From Mobula hypostoma (taxonomy: Eukaryota): 64,000 bases of DNA. The notes beneath the pieces were generated by a model. That model made no database searches. It had not been told where the DNA came from and saw only the letters and a list, made by a program, of their open reading frames with translations. Both the position numbers and the translations under genes were made by a program. Positions 1 to 12,542 of the stretch are shown here, piece after piece (within the stretch, counting starts at the first letter, position 1; every line of letters begins with the position of its first letter). Location: NCBI RefSeq assembly GCF_963921235.1, contig NC_086110.1, positions 13,392,001 through 13,456,000 of the forward strand, written 5' to 3'.

Positions 1-104
1 TGGGCTTTGGAGAGGATGGCTTTCGCATGTACATGCTTTTTAGTACTTCCTGGTTTGCAAATTACATATGGGAAATTAAATTCATAAAAGCAAGAGAAAA
101 AGCT

Positions 105-625
105 AATCTTGAGAGAGTTTGCAGATGCTGGAAATCTTGAGGAATGCAAAGAAAAATGCTGAAGAAATTCATTATCTAAGGCAGCATGTATAAATAAACT
201 GTCGATGTTTCTGGCCGAAGCGCTTTAACAGGACAGTAAATGGAGTCAGAAGTTAGAATCAGAAGGTGGGGAAGGGGTAGAGCATGGCAGGTGATAGGAA
301 AAACAAGGTTGGTAAGAAGGTGTGTGGATGATGGGGGATGGAGTGACGTAGAAGCTAGGACGTGGTGGGTGGAAAAGGAAAATGGTGGAGGAAGGAGTCT
401 GATAGGAAGAATCAATGGACCCTGGAAGAAATGGAAGAAGGTGGGGCACCAGTAGAGGTGATGGACAGATCAGAGAAGAGAAGAGAAGAGGTGAAAGGGA
501 GCCAGAATTGGGAGCAGAGAAAAAAAAGAGAGGAGGTGGTGATGAAGTAAGTATCAAAAGTTAGAGAGATCAATGCTTATGCCTTCAGGTTGGAGTCCAC
601 CCAGATGGAACAAAAAGGTAATGAT
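105..625 (-). mobile_element. Penelope-like element remnant
   Basis: Terminal-repeat-like motif (gcagatgctggaaatc...gtcgatgttt), purine-rich linker, and degenerate GIY-YIG 3' end matching the copies at 37.7 kb and 60.8 kb. Confidence 0.6.
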
Positions 626-699
626 ATTTCGAGGGTATTCAGTTGTAAATGTCATAGTGACAAAGGTCTGCTCAGGTCGGTAAAATTAACCTCCTTTGG

Positions 700-3110
700 G
701 ATAATGTTTATATAAGGATACTACAGACCTGTTAGCTTGACATGAGTGGTTCGGAAGTTGTGGGAAGCGATGGTAGGGAAGAGAATACGGAGTATCTGGA
801 TGCACATGACAAGATAGGCCAAAGCAAGCATGATTTTCTGAAAGGAGAATCCTGCCTGACTAACCTATTTCAATTTCTGAGGAAAGTATAAGCAGGGTAG
901 AGAAAGAAAATGTAGTAGATATGGTGTACTTAGATTTTCAGAAGGCCTTTGACATGGTGCCGCACATGAGACTGCTTGGCAAGATAAGAGCCCATGGCAT
1001 TACATAGGAGTCAGTAGCATGGGAGTAGCAGTGGCTGATTGGCAAAAAACAGAGAGTGGAATAAGACCATAAGACAAAGGAGCAGAAGTCGACCATTCGG
1101 CCCATCGAGTCTGCTCCGGCATTTGATCATGAGCTGATCCATTCTCCCATTTAGTCCCAACCCCTGCCTTCTCACCATAACCTTTGATGCCCTGGCTACT
1201 CAGATACCTATCAATCTCTGCCTTAAACACACCCAAAGACGTGGCCTCCACTGCTGCCCGTGGCAAGAAATTCCATAGATTCACCACCGTCTGACTAAAA
1301 AAAATTCTTCGCATTTCTGACCTGAATGGGCGCCCTTCGATCCTTAAGTCATGCCCTCTCGTAATAGACTCCCCCATCATGGGAACAAACTTTGCCACAT
1401 CCACTCTGTCCATGCCTTTCAACATTCGAAATGTTTCTATGAGGTCTCCCTCATTCTGCTAAACTCCAAGGAATACAGTGCAAGAGCGGACAAACGTTCC
1501 TCATATGTTAATCCTCTCTTTCACGGAATCATTCTCGTGAATCTTCACTGTACCCTCTCCAACGTTAGCACATCCTTTCTTAAATATAGAGACCAAAACT
1601 GCCGACAGTACTCCAAGTGAGGTCTCACCAGCGCCTTATAGAGCCTCAACATCACATTCCTGCTCCTATACTCTATTCCTCTAGAAATGAATGCAAACAT
1701 TGCATTCGCCTTCTTCACTACCGATTCAACCTGGAGGTTAACCTTAAGAGTATCCTGTACGAGGACTCCCAAGCCTCGTTGCATCTCAGAACTTTGAATT
1801 CTTTCATCATTTAAATAATAATCTGCCCGTTTATTTCTTCTGCCAAAGTGGATAACCGTACACTTTCCAACATTGTATTTCATTGGCCACTTCTTCGCCC
1901 ATTCTGCGAATCTATCCAAGTCTCTCTGCGGCCTCTCCGTTTCCTCAGCACTACCGGCCCCTCCCGCTATCTTCGTATCGTCAGCAAACTTAGCCACAAA
2001 GCCATGTATTCCATAATACAAATCGTTGATGCACAATGTAAAAAGAAGCGGCCCCAACACGGACCCTTAGGTCCCCTCATAAAGAGATCCTATTCTGGCT
2101 GGCTATTGGTTGCCCGTGGAGTTGCACAGGGGTTGGTGTTGGGGACCGCTGCTTTTTACCATGTATGTCAATGATTTAAACTATGGAATTAATAGACTTG
2201 TAGCTAAATTTGCCGATGATACAAAGGTAGGTGGATGAGTTAGTAGTTTTGAGGAAACATAGAGTCTGCAGAAAGACTTAGCTAGTTAAGGGGAATGGGC
2301 AAAGAAGTGGCAAGTGATATACAATGTTGGAAAGTATATGGTCATGCACCTTGGTGGGAGAAATAAACGGACAGACTATTGGGAAGATGGGGAGATAATT
2401 CAAAATGCAGAGATGCAAAACGACTTGGGAGTCTCTGTGCAGAATGCACTAAAGTTAACCCCTAGGCTCAGTCGGTGTTGAAGAAAAGCAAATGTTGGCA
2501 TTTCATTTCTGGAATATAAGCGGATGGGTGTGATGTTGAGGCTCGAAGAGGCACTCATGAGTCCACACTTGTAGTAGTGTTTGCACTTTTGGACTCCTTA
2601 TATTAGAAAGGATAAACTGACATTGGAGAGGTTTCAGAGAATATTCACGACAATGCTTCCAGGAGTGAAAGGGTTACCGTATGAGCAACGTCTGGCAGCT
2701 CTTGGGCTGTATTCCCTGGAATTTAGGGGCATGCAGCGGGAATCTCATAGAGACATTCCGAATGTTAAAAGGCCTGAACCCATTAGATATGGCGAATCTA
2801 ATTATTTCCCATGGCAGGAGAGTCTGGGACAGGAAGGCACGACTTCAGGATTGAAGGTCGTCCATTTAGACAGTGATGCGGAAAAAGTACTTTAGTCAGA
2901 CGGTTGTTAATATGTGGAATTTGTTGCCGCGAACGGCTGTGGAGGCCGAGTCATTCGGTGTATATAAGGCAGAGATATATATGTTCTTGATTAGCCAGGG
3001 CATCAAAGGGTATAGGAAGAAGGCAGGGGAGTGGGCATGACTCGAAGAATTGGATCAGCCCATGATTGAATGCCGGAGCAGACTCTGCTTCTATATCTTA
3101 TAGTCTTATG
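700..3110 (+). mobile_element. Degenerate CR1 LINE (RT to 3' end) interrupted at about 1064-2076
   Basis: Degenerate YRPVSLT, YLDFQKAFD, GVAQGLVLG and KFADDTK motifs; CR1-type 3' UTR; frame resumes after the insert. Confidence 0.85.
1064..2076 (-). mobile_element. 5'-truncated CR1 LINE nested antisense in the previous CR1
   Basis: ORFs 1545-2060 and 1000-1425 encode the CR1 RT C-terminus; short-repeat tail at about 1064. Confidence 0.85.
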
Positions 3111-3132
3111 GTTTTATATATATATATATGTT

Positions 3133-3365
3133 TTGCGTGGCTCGGTAGCGTAGCGGCTAGCGTATCACTATTACAGCTGCAGTGATCCAGGTTTAGTTCC
3201 CATACATGACTAAATGGTGGGTTTATACGTTTTCCCATGACCGTATGCCTTTTTTAGGCGTTCGGGTTTCCTCTCACATTTGAAAGAAGTACGGCGAGTC
3301 GGCTAATTGGTAACATGGGTGCAATTGGGCGGTACGAACCTATTAGGCCGGACGCCTCAGTAACA
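3133..3365 (+). mobile_element. tRNA-derived SINE (V-SINE-like)
   Basis: tRNA-like head (gtggctcggtagcgtagcggctagcg...ggtttagttccc) and V-core-like ggtttcctctcacat...ggctaattgg. Confidence 0.6.
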
Positions 3366-4582
3366 GTGTTAAATATCTGAAGAAAATTCATATGTTATTC
3401 ATGGCAAACTCTCTGCTTTACCTGAGAATAGATAGTGCGCTCTTCTTGTTGTCGATCTTTCCGAAATCCTATGCTGTCCCGCATATTTAGTGAAACATAG
3501 GCGGTGGTGAGATCAACCGCAGCCTGTTCAGCCTGTTGGGAAAACACATTTAATACTGATAACTGATACAAAGGTCAGTGACCATGAAATACGTTTGATT
3601 CGGAATATCTAATCATAGAAAAGTATTTAAAATGGTTGGAATGATATTTTGTGCGCGTATACTATCGTTGTTCGTATATCATACGGGAGCTGGGATACCA
3701 AACCCATTTCAGGCTAGAAGTTGACACGTTTATTTTAGATTTCCGAACAACCACGTAAAACCATTCTATCAAGCCGATGGATTTCTCAGGTCTGGCCATC
3801 TTTTTTTTTTCCATCTCTTCTGTCACATCCCTTACGCCCCTCCAAGTTTTGTTCATGGGCTTTCTCCGATGCGATTATCTTATGCACCCCATCAAATCAT
3901 TATAATTATTGGCGTGACCAGATTTCGTCCCCATGGTGCATTTAGAACTTGTGACCCTTCAAACTCGCAATATCTACTTTGAGGACATTGGAACAAATGG
4001 CAAGACCTGATGTACTGTTCCAGCCTGGCTGAACTGAGGTAGCGAATACGGAAGGGGCATCTTGCCAACTGTTGAACTGACTGGTGTTGCTGGTGAATCA
4101 ATTAAACTACAATAAAATGAAATAGAGCAGTTAGACATGGCCGCAGTAAGTCGTTAAAATAGCATTTGTTATGGCTGAAGCAATGACATAGCATTCCAGA
4201 GGAATAAAGCGACAGTGCAAAAACCATCTTGAACGATCAGTTTCAACTTAGATTTTTCTCTCAGAAGCGGTCCTTCATTTCGGGAAGTGATACGAACGCT
4301 GATGGAAGTTTTAACGGAGTTCTACTATAATGAAGCCAGTGATATATGACAACCTTGTTTTGGTGATATGAAAAGTTGCTGCAGCAAATATCGTTAGGTA
4401 AATGTAAAATATTGCACTAAAATTGGGAAGATGATTAATGGAACACAAGAAGACATCTTCAGTTTTAGTCAGATAAAATCGACAAAGATTAAATATATTC
4501 TAAAAGAAGAATCCAGGTGGGACAATTTTAATAACATTGAACTGCTGGAAATTTAAAGTAAACAAATAAAACACACAGTAGA

Positions 4583-4900
4583 TCAGGAAACACCAGAGCA
4601 AAGAGAAACATTTGAAGTTGACATTGCTTTCTGTGGAGAGGTGTTCAATCTGAAAGGACAAATATTACTCTTTTCCAAGATGTCGTTAAGATTTTTAATT
4701 TCTGGTTTAAATCGAAAATGAGAGATGACAATACATTTATAGATTTCATGTACTTCTTTCAAAATTGAGGATGATAACCATTCAGCGTAGCCTCGTGGAG
4801 CAGAAGGCGCCTTGAGGAGTTTCGTTACCATTTGTGTTTCATTGTGCACCAGATAGTACACGGTGTTATTGGGAGCATATTCGATTCTATACACTGCTGT
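4583..4900 (-). CDS. Candidate terminal cytoplasmic exon(s), Tyr-rich (VYRIEYAPNNTVYYLV...EIYKCI)
   Basis: Frame open for more than 100 codons in AT-rich DNA. Phase-1 acceptors (cacacag|, cagcag|) are compatible with candidate exon 6. An internal donor ATG|gtaacg is possible. Boundaries uncertain. Confidence 0.4.
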   Translation of the reverse strand, partial: TAVYRIEYAPNNTVYYLVHNETQMVTKLLKAPSAPRGYAEWLSSSILKEVHEIYKCIVISHFRFKPEIKNLNDILEKSNICPFRLNTSPQKAMSTSNVSLCSGVS

Positions 4901-5174
4901 GTGGATCTTTGTTGGGAATCCAGGTTAAAAACTGCATATGAGTTCCAAAACAAGACTTCGTTGCAGTTTTTATCTTGCTTACTGTGCGTTTAAATCAATT
5001 GTAACATATATTGCGAACTGATTCATGCGTGTAATGTATTTTCCCAATGACAACTACACCGCCATTCTCGTAAACCGACATTTGACATCTAAAACATCCC
5101 CGTCTTAGATTTGTATTTAATCATTCGTCACACGAAGAATGATTAACAGCCTAACTTCCCTTAGTCTACATTAC

Positions 5175-5262
5175 GGTTCATCTTAATGTAACTGATATGG
5201 AATCTTGAAAGACTATAGGAAGTAGATTCAACAGGAATATTCAAATAGATCTTGGATATATG
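5175..5262 (-). CDS. Candidate cytoplasmic exon 6 (HISKIYLNIPVESTSYSLSRFHISYIKMN)
   Basis: Acceptor ctctttattttgaag|, open in phase 0 as required; donor C|gtaatg is weak. Confidence 0.4.
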
Positions 5263-5393
5263 CTTCAAAATAAAGAGTTGTCACAGAGTTTCATTCTTCC
5301 CTACTGCGTTCCAAATGTTAGAACAAAATAAATTCATAATGTATCTGCTATATATATACGTCGTTCTGAAAGAAGAGGAACCACTACACGTAC

Positions 5394-5437
5394 CGGCTCT
5401 GCATTCTGACATCTGTCCACAGAACTTGTGCTAACCC
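5394..5437 (-). CDS. IgSF receptor exon 5, first cytoplasmic exon (GVSTSSVDRCQNAEP)
   Basis: Acceptor ttcttttatttcttaag|, donor CCG|gtacgt, 44 nt, phase 1-0, open frame. Confidence 0.7.
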
Positions 5438-5889
5438 CTTAAGAAATAAAAGAAATTATTTGCATTGTAAAAACTGGACTACGTTTAAATACTGTCGCTA
5501 AAATAGAAATTAAAATCATTGAGACATGCACGAGTTCGTCAATGTTCTTTACACATTCATAGTAAGTCCAGACCTACGCCAAGTTGCATACGCTTCAGAA
5601 TATGGATCTGCCATTGTATTGTAAACGGCATTTGAAGTACTCCAAAGAGATATGACGGCATTTATGAACAAGATACAGCCTGTAAATACAGCGAGTGGAC
5701 TGGTGAAATTAATGCACTTAACATCCAGCTTGTGTTGTGCCTGATGGTTATCAATGTAATCATGTTCGTACATCTCAATCTATGTCTAATCATGCTGTAA
5801 TGACACTTATTCTTTTTGAAGTTCAATATCTTTAGTGCATCTATTTTGCACGAATAAAGCTGATATTTCTCAGCGATCAGGGTCCTTAC

Positions 5890-5997
5890 CATGCGAGCTC
5901 TTTAACTTGACTTTCACCAAAACTATTATCAGAGCTAAAATTGCCGATCCGCCCACTGCAAATGCCAGAATCAATTTAGTATCAGCGCCTTGTGGCT
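5890..5997 (-). CDS. IgSF receptor exon 4, connecting peptide plus transmembrane segment (EPQGADTKLILAFAVGGSAILALIIVLVKVKLKSSH)
   Basis: Acceptor tttcttgttttacccctgtag|, donor G|gtaagg, 108 nt, phase 1-1. About 20 hydrophobic residues followed by a basic stop-transfer stretch. Not in the ORF track. Confidence 0.88.
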
Positions 5998-6574
5998 CTA
6001 CAGGGGTAAAACAAGAAACTGTGAAGCATTTATACATCTAAAAACAAATCTACACATGAGAATCAACAACGTAAATTACTTCATAGGCTCCTTTCAAATC
6101 TCACTGCACATATCGGAAAATATATCATGAGACAGGAAATGCAGATTCCCACCTTTGTTATATCACGATAAGGTAAAAAGTTTAAGTGTTGCATTATCAC
6201 AATTTTGCCAAATGATCAGAAGTTTGATACCTTCCAAATACTGCACGAATTCAATTCGTCCTACACTACTTAATATAACGGAAAAAACACGTCAGTTCTT
6301 GAACATCGTTCACACTGAATATTAACTATCAATATTAGTCATTCTTCCTTGTTTGAGTAGCTGTTCAGTTACTGTTCTTAACAAAGTCACATTGACCCCA
6401 TCATTATGACTAATAAGCCATTCCATCTTACAATGAGCGCAAAAGATTCTGAACCTGCTGAAATCCAGAGTAACACATAAAGTCCTGGAGGAACTCAGCG
6501 GATCAGACAGATCTAAAGTGTCGACGTTTATGTCCGAGATCCAACATCATGACTTCATCGAGACACCATCTTAC

Positions 6575-6868
6575 CTTGGTCCAGGAAGTAGCTGAAACTG
6601 GCAGGCACCTTGAGGGAGACATGCGATACCAGACAGGTGTAAACATCTTTTCCCCAAGTAGACTTCCTGGTTTCCAATAAACTAAAAGCTTCGTACAAGC
6701 CGTCCACGCTCCGGTTTGTCACACTTTCTATTCCAGTGCGAATTTGCTTGTTATTTCTTTGCCAAACGATTTCTACTTTCTCCGGGTAGAAGGCAGCCGT
6801 TTTACAAAGGAGCTTTCGAGGAGACGAAAACTCTCCAACAGGAACAATTTCCAAAGGAGTTGGAGGAG
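6575..6868 (-). CDS. IgSF receptor exon 3, C1-set Ig domain
   Basis: Acceptor tttttacccaag|, donor G|gtaaga, 294 nt, phase 1-1. Motifs LLCKTAAFYPEKVEIVW, DGLY and YTCLVSHVSL are canonical C1-set. Confidence 0.92.
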
Positions 6869-7929
6869 CTTGGGTAAAAACAAAGTTATTTTGGGTACTT
6901 TCAATCCATTTCAGAGTAGGTAGGTTCCCTTAATTCCCCGCCAACTGGCATGACCGTCTAACTCTAATTCTTTCAATTTTACGTTCGGTTTATTGTTGCT
7001 CAAGCATTGACACACACCTCTAAGCGAAACATTGCTCTTCTGGGGTAAATTGCAAAATACAGTACATATCATCACACATAGCACATGTAGTTACCATCCA
7101 GCACAGACAGTCACAAAACAAGCAAAATAAAATGGAGTCACCTTAGGGAACGGATGAAAGGAATAGTTCAGAGAATACATATCGATGGCGAATCTAAAAG
7201 GTTCGAAATGAGGAAGACATTCTCTTTGAATGGTATTTGAGCTTCATTCCACAGTTGGTTTGCGGCGGGCGTTGGCTTTGGAACCTGGCTACTTTTGTTT
7301 TTTTCATTTCGTATAAGACTGAGCTACAAAACCCAAATATCACAGATTTCTATAGCACATGGAGTATAATATTCTAGCAGCTCAATTGCTAAGGGAGTGT
7401 TTCAGGTCTTGGGGTTGAGTTTTCAAGTAATAAACATTCAGTAATAGAGCTTCCCTCGAAATGTAAACCATTCCTGCAACAGTTCCCCATATTGAATGTT
7501 GTAAATTATATCCTCCGTGAAACAACCAGGAACGCAAATGCACATTGATATTAAGTTCATTGATTCTGTAGTTCTATTCTTGCTAAAGCCTGCAAAACAT
7601 AGTCGACAGTGACTTGGCACTGCTATAGGATAGTTTGTGAAAATCATGCCTTGCAGAGTATCGAACAGGAACTGAACAACTTCAATTGCACCATACACAG
7701 AGTTTTCTAAAACATGAGCCCAATTTTAAGGTTTTGTAATCATAGACTGCTTCGGCTGCAGCTATGGTCTGTGTCTAACAGGGGGGATTCAATAGTTAGA
7801 TTGCTTTATCTGTTTATAATTCAGTGAGGATTTCACTCTGCTTGCAATGGCCATCCCGCGTTCACGGTTGCCCGATTCCATCTCCCACGCCTATACCGAC
7901 GTCAACGATTTTGGCCTTGTTAAATTCTC

Positions 7930-10900
7930 GGTGAAGGGCAATCCCAAGGTGAAAAAAATCGAAGGCTTTCACAGATACATTAAGCGCAAAGGGATAGCGA
8001 CAAACAGAATTGATCCATTTGAAGATCAGCGTGTTCAACAATGCATGGAGGCGAAAGTGATGGGGGGAGATCTTATCTATTTCCATTTGTTTTTACTCGG
8101 GAGACGTACACAGAGACTATACAACTCATGCAAAACAGAAGCAATGTCATTGCCCACATACGGATTACTGCCTTGAGGCAAATTAGGGTGCAGAAGTCTC
8201 CCGAATATGGCAAGGTGTCCCATCGGACCTCGCTGGAGGCTAGTGCAGAAAGTGAAAGTGCCCCGATAGACGTATTCAAGATATCCTTACTCATGGGTGA
8301 AGTGCCGGAGGACTAGAGTATAACTAATGTTTTAAGACTATATGACTATTGGATATAGGAGCCGAGTTAGGCCATTTGGCCCACCAAGTTTGCTCTGCCA
8401 TTTCATCAGAGTTAACTTTTACCTCTCAGCCCCAATCTCCCGCCTTCTCTCCGTAGTTCTTCATGCCCTGACAAATCAAGAATCTATCAACTACAGCTTT
8501 AAATATCCATAAACGCTTGGTCTACATAGCAGCTTGTGGCAAAAAAAAAATTCCACGGGTTCACCATTCTCTGGCTATAGGCATTCCTCTTCATTTCTTT
8601 TTTTAAAAGGACGTCCCTCTACTGTAAGGCTGCGTCCTCTGGTCTGAGACTCTCCCACCATAAGAAACATCCTCTGCACATCCACACTAAACAGTATTTT
8701 CACCTTCAACAGGTTTCCATGCCATCGCCCCTAATTTATTTTTTTCTGAATTCTAGTGAAAACAGTCCCAGAGCCATAAATCCTCTACATATGACTAGTT
8801 ATTTAATTCTGGAATCATTGTCGTGAACCTACTTTGAACTTACTCCAGTTCCAGTACATTCACAGAGAGGGCCCAAAACTGCTCACAATATGCCATGATG
8901 CCTCACCAGTGCTTTACAAAGTCTCAACATTACATCTTTGCTTTTATATTCTAGTCCTCTCGAAATAAATGCGATCATTGCATTTGTCTTCCTGATCTCC
9001 GACTCAACCAGCAAATTAACCTTTGTGGATTACTTCACACGGACTCCCAAGTCCCTTTGTGACTCAAAGTTTTTTGTATTTTCTCTCCAGTTAGAAAATA
9101 GTCAAAACGTTCATACCCTCCACCAAAGTGGATGGCCACACTGCATCCCATCTGCTATTTGTTTGCCTATTCTCCTAATCTGTCTAAATCTTTCTGCAGT
9201 CTCTCTACCTCCCTGTCCATCTATTTTTATCGTCTGCAGCTTTGCAACAAAGCCATCAATGCCATCAACCATATCACTGACATATAACCTTAAACGAATA
9301 GGTCACAACACAGACCCCTTTGGAACACCATTAGTGACGGGCAGCTAACCAACAAATATTCCCTTTATTCCCACTCTTTGTCTTCTTACCAACCAGCCAC
9401 TGTTTTATCTACCCTAGAATCTTTCCTGTAATGCTTTGGGCTCGTAGCTTGTTAAACAGCCTTGTGTGTGGTACTATGTCAAAGGCCTTCTGAAAATCCA
9501 AGTACACAACAACAGATTCTCCCTATATTTATCTATCCTTTATTCATTCCTTCAAATAATTCAATCAGATTTGTCTGGCGAGAGTTTCTCTTCAGGAAAT
9601 CATGATTAATATGGCCTGTTTTATTATGTTCCTTCAAGTAACCTAAGACCTGATCCTTAATAATGGACTCCAAAATCTTGTCAACCAGTTAGCTGAGACT
9701 GACTGGCCTATAGTTTCTCTTTTCTGCCTGTCTGCCTTCTTGAAGAGTGTAATGACATTTGCAACTTTCCAGTCTTCCAGAACCATTCCAAAATCTATTA
9801 ATTCCTGAAAGACCTTTACTATTGCCTCCACAATCTCATCAGCAACTTTTATAGGGACCCTGGAATGTACATCATCTGGTCCAGGTGAATTACTTACCTT
9901 CAGACCATTTAGTTTCCCAGTAACCTGCTCTCCAATTATGTCTCTAGTTTGCCGCTGTTCAAGATAGACTCTGGGAATAAGCCGGGATATTATAGACCAG
10001 TGGGTATTACAGAGAAGTGGGTAGTTTATTGGAAGCTATTCTAAAGAATGTGACATATACCGTAAATTTTAAGATAGACTGGGCTTGTTTGGGAATAGGC
10101 AACATTGTTTTGTGCAATGTAGGCTGTGTCTAACCAATCTCAAAGAGCTTATTGAACCGGTTACCATTGCTCCTGATGAAGGATAACAGTGGATGTGGTC
10201 AACATGGCTTTTAGCAAGAGCTTTGTAAAAGTTCTTCATGGGGGTGGCGGGCTGATCATGTACGTTCGCTTGGCATTCAGTATGAATGAGTAAATTGCAT
10301 CTAACGTTGGTTTCACGGGAGAATCCAGAGTATGGTAGTGGATGGCTGATCTTTGAATGAAGGCCTTTGACTAGTGGTGTAGGCATTGCTATGAAAGTTT
10401 GCAGAGGGTCATGGAGCAGGTGGGCTGAAAATGGCAGATATAATTTAATGAAAGTAATTGTAAGCTGTTGCACTTTGAGAAGACAAACCAGTCTCGGATA
10501 TACACAGTCAAAGAGACTGGCATTGAGGAGTGCGGTAAAAATAATCTTGGAATATAGATCGATAATTCATTGAAAATGGAGTCAATGACGGATAGTATCG
10601 TAAAGATCGCCTTGGTTATACAGGCCTTCATATATCAGAATATTGAGTGTAGAAGTTGGGATGTTATGCTGAATTGGTATTAGATATAAGTGAGAACAAA
10701 TTTGGAGTATTGTTTGCAGTTCTGGTTACCTATCTGCAGGAAAGTTATCAATATGATTGAATGAGTACAAAGAAAACTTACACGGAAGTGGCATGAATTT
10801 GAGGACATGAATTATCAGGAAAGGTTTAACAGGTTAGGATTGTTTCCATGATTCGTAAGAGAACGAGCGAACTTTTGATTGAGGCATACAAAATTATGAG

Positions 10901-11080
10901 GGATGTAGATATGGTGCATGTAAGCCTGCTTCATCCACTGAGGTTGGGTGAGAATGGAATTGGAAGTCATTGCTTAAGAATGAAATGAGAAGTATTAAAT
11001 ACGAACCTGAGGGGAAACGTCTTCACTCAGACGGTGATGCTACTGTGCAATGAGCTGCCAGCGGAAGTTTTAAATGTAGG
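7930..11080 (+). mobile_element. Degenerate CR1 LINE interrupted by an antisense CR1
   Basis: FHRYIKRK tether motif at about 7960; RT motifs resume after about 9905. Confidence 0.75.
8335..9905 (-). mobile_element. CR1 LINE fragment nested antisense
   Basis: Reverse-strand RT motifs (EDWKVANV in ORF 9643-9831) and CR1 3' UTR near 8340. Confidence 0.75.
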
Positions 11081-11871
11081 TTTGCGCTCGACTCTCTACA
11101 CTTTACTATTAGCCCTATCAAAATTCACCTCGATTTTGAGAGGTTTATATTTCTCCCCATTTTGTATGGTGAAAGAAATATAGATTTTGCTAATCCTGCA
11201 TGACAAAAGTTGGAATGACAATTGCAGTGCATGCGACAAATTGTTACATGATGTTGTGATTAACTGGTTTGGAGCTGGGTATTATTCCTCTCTACTAGTT
11301 GATGCGTAAATGGAGCATTGTGTTGCTGCATACAGACCCTTTGATAGTGATTATTCTATTAAAGTATTAATATTTTGCCTCCTCTGTGATGACGAATCTA
11401 GTTATCCAACTCCAGCTATTCACATTAACATTAACATTATTTCAGCCTTTTGCTTGCAAAACAATCCTAACCTTGCTTGAATGTTAATTCGTTGCATTCA
11501 AAAAGTACCTTCGCGATAATGAGGGTAAAATCGAAAGGTATCACGAACCTTGGACATTAGCTTTAACGGGGAGATTGTTGATGAAGAGGGCTGGACTAGA
11601 GCAGAGGGAAAGAGCCGGTGAGATACGATACAATGAACAGAACCAACTCTATTATGCGCCGAATAGTTGCCACATGAAATGTGATTAATTCTTCTGTTCT
11701 TTTTAAGTCTGAATTTAGAATCTCTGGACTGGGATGTATTTTAACGCGGGAAACAAATGTACTCTAGCCGTTTGTTTTATCCAGTAGAAACTTTTCGTTT
11801 TATCCTCAGCACTAAGTTTAAGTTTGATGTAAAATGCACAGAGCCGAAAATCTCCAAGCAGCCACACTCAC

Positions 11872-12177
11872 CGAACACAGTCAGCTTGGTACCACCTCCA
11901 GTCCCGAAAGATTGTTTCTGATAGTTTGCTTCACAGTAATACAGTCCGGAGTCGGCCAATTTGACATTCCAGAGTGCAAGTTCTCCCCTTCCCCTTTCTA
12001 CCGTAAAATGTCTTCTGTTGTCCGTTTCTAAGAATGCTTTCTCGCCTTCCCTCCACCAACGAACGTCAACAGTACCTTGTGATATTGGAAATTTGCAGAA
12101 CATAGTAACATTCTCACCACCCAGGACTTCCAGTTCCCTTGGTAATTGAGATACTTCGCTTGCAGTTACTTTGACCG
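11872..12177 (-). CDS. IgSF receptor exon 2, V-set domain with germline-joined J motif (VJ-type; NCR3/SIRP/antigen-receptor-like)
   Basis: Acceptor ttatttttccggcag|, donor G|gtgagt, 306 nt, phase 1-1. Protein has B-strand Cys (VTMFCKF), C-strand Trp (VRWW), DSGLYYC and GTGGGTKLTV. Confidence 0.93.
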
Positions 12178-12378
12178 CTGCCGGAAAAATAAGCAACAGT
12201 ATTAATAACAGTTAAATACAGTGAATTAAAACAAAACTACAGACGTATGTCACTGGATATCTAAGAGCCAAAGACGATCGAATAGCTGAACCACTGTAAC
12301 CGAATTTGCTGCAGGCACTCAGGGTTTAATATTCTAAAATATTATTCAGTTCGGAAACGGCATATATAATCAGCATAC

Positions 12379-12433
12379 CTAGACAAGTAATAGCCAGAAG
12401 TGCCATGTACGAAACCGTAAATTTCTCCGACAT
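12379..12433 (-). CDS. IgSF receptor exon 1, leader peptide (MSEKFTVSYMALLAITCL; alternative ATG at 12406)
   Basis: ATG at 12433, hydrophobic leader, phase-1 donor G|gtatgc; splices in frame to the V exon. Confidence 0.8.
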
Positions 12434-12509
12434 CTTACAGAAACCAATCGACAAATTCCTGCAATGCAAGTGGTATTTTAAAGCAAGTGCTGGAGGAGAA
12501 GTTCTTCAT

Positions 12510-12542
12510 GAGGAAATGTATCAGTATGACGTAGGATGACGC
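12510..12542 (-). promoter_or_regulatory. Putative proximal promoter of the IgSF gene: ETS core plus two CRE half-sites
   Basis: GGAA at 12512-12515; TGACG at 12527 and 12537 (10 bp apart); about 80-110 bp upstream of the ATG. Confidence 0.35.

Noticed and set aside
176-557. Low-complexity Pro/Ser or Lys/Glu-rich ORFs
   Set aside because: Translations of the purine-rich Penelope linker
3662-4101. Two minus-strand ORFs downstream of the receptor gene
   Set aside because: No motifs; probably 3' UTR (candidate AATAAA at 3729-3734 on the minus strand)
4660-4950. Reading as a second Ig C domain (LELICSF*PGFP...YKCIVISH)
   Set aside because: In-frame TAA, no C-strand Trp, and it lies downstream of the TM exon; better explained as cytoplasmic tail or chance
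5549-5773. ORF with a hydrophobic stretch and tyrosines just downstream of the TM exon
   Set aside because: Could be an alternative terminal exon (acceptor tgtatttacag|, phase compatible), but a better exon exists at 5394-5437 and there is no independent support
11932-11938. Embedded RSS-like heptamer (TACTGTG on the coding strand) at the end of the V domain
   Set aside because: Arises automatically from Tyr-Cys-Glu codons; no spaced nonamer seen
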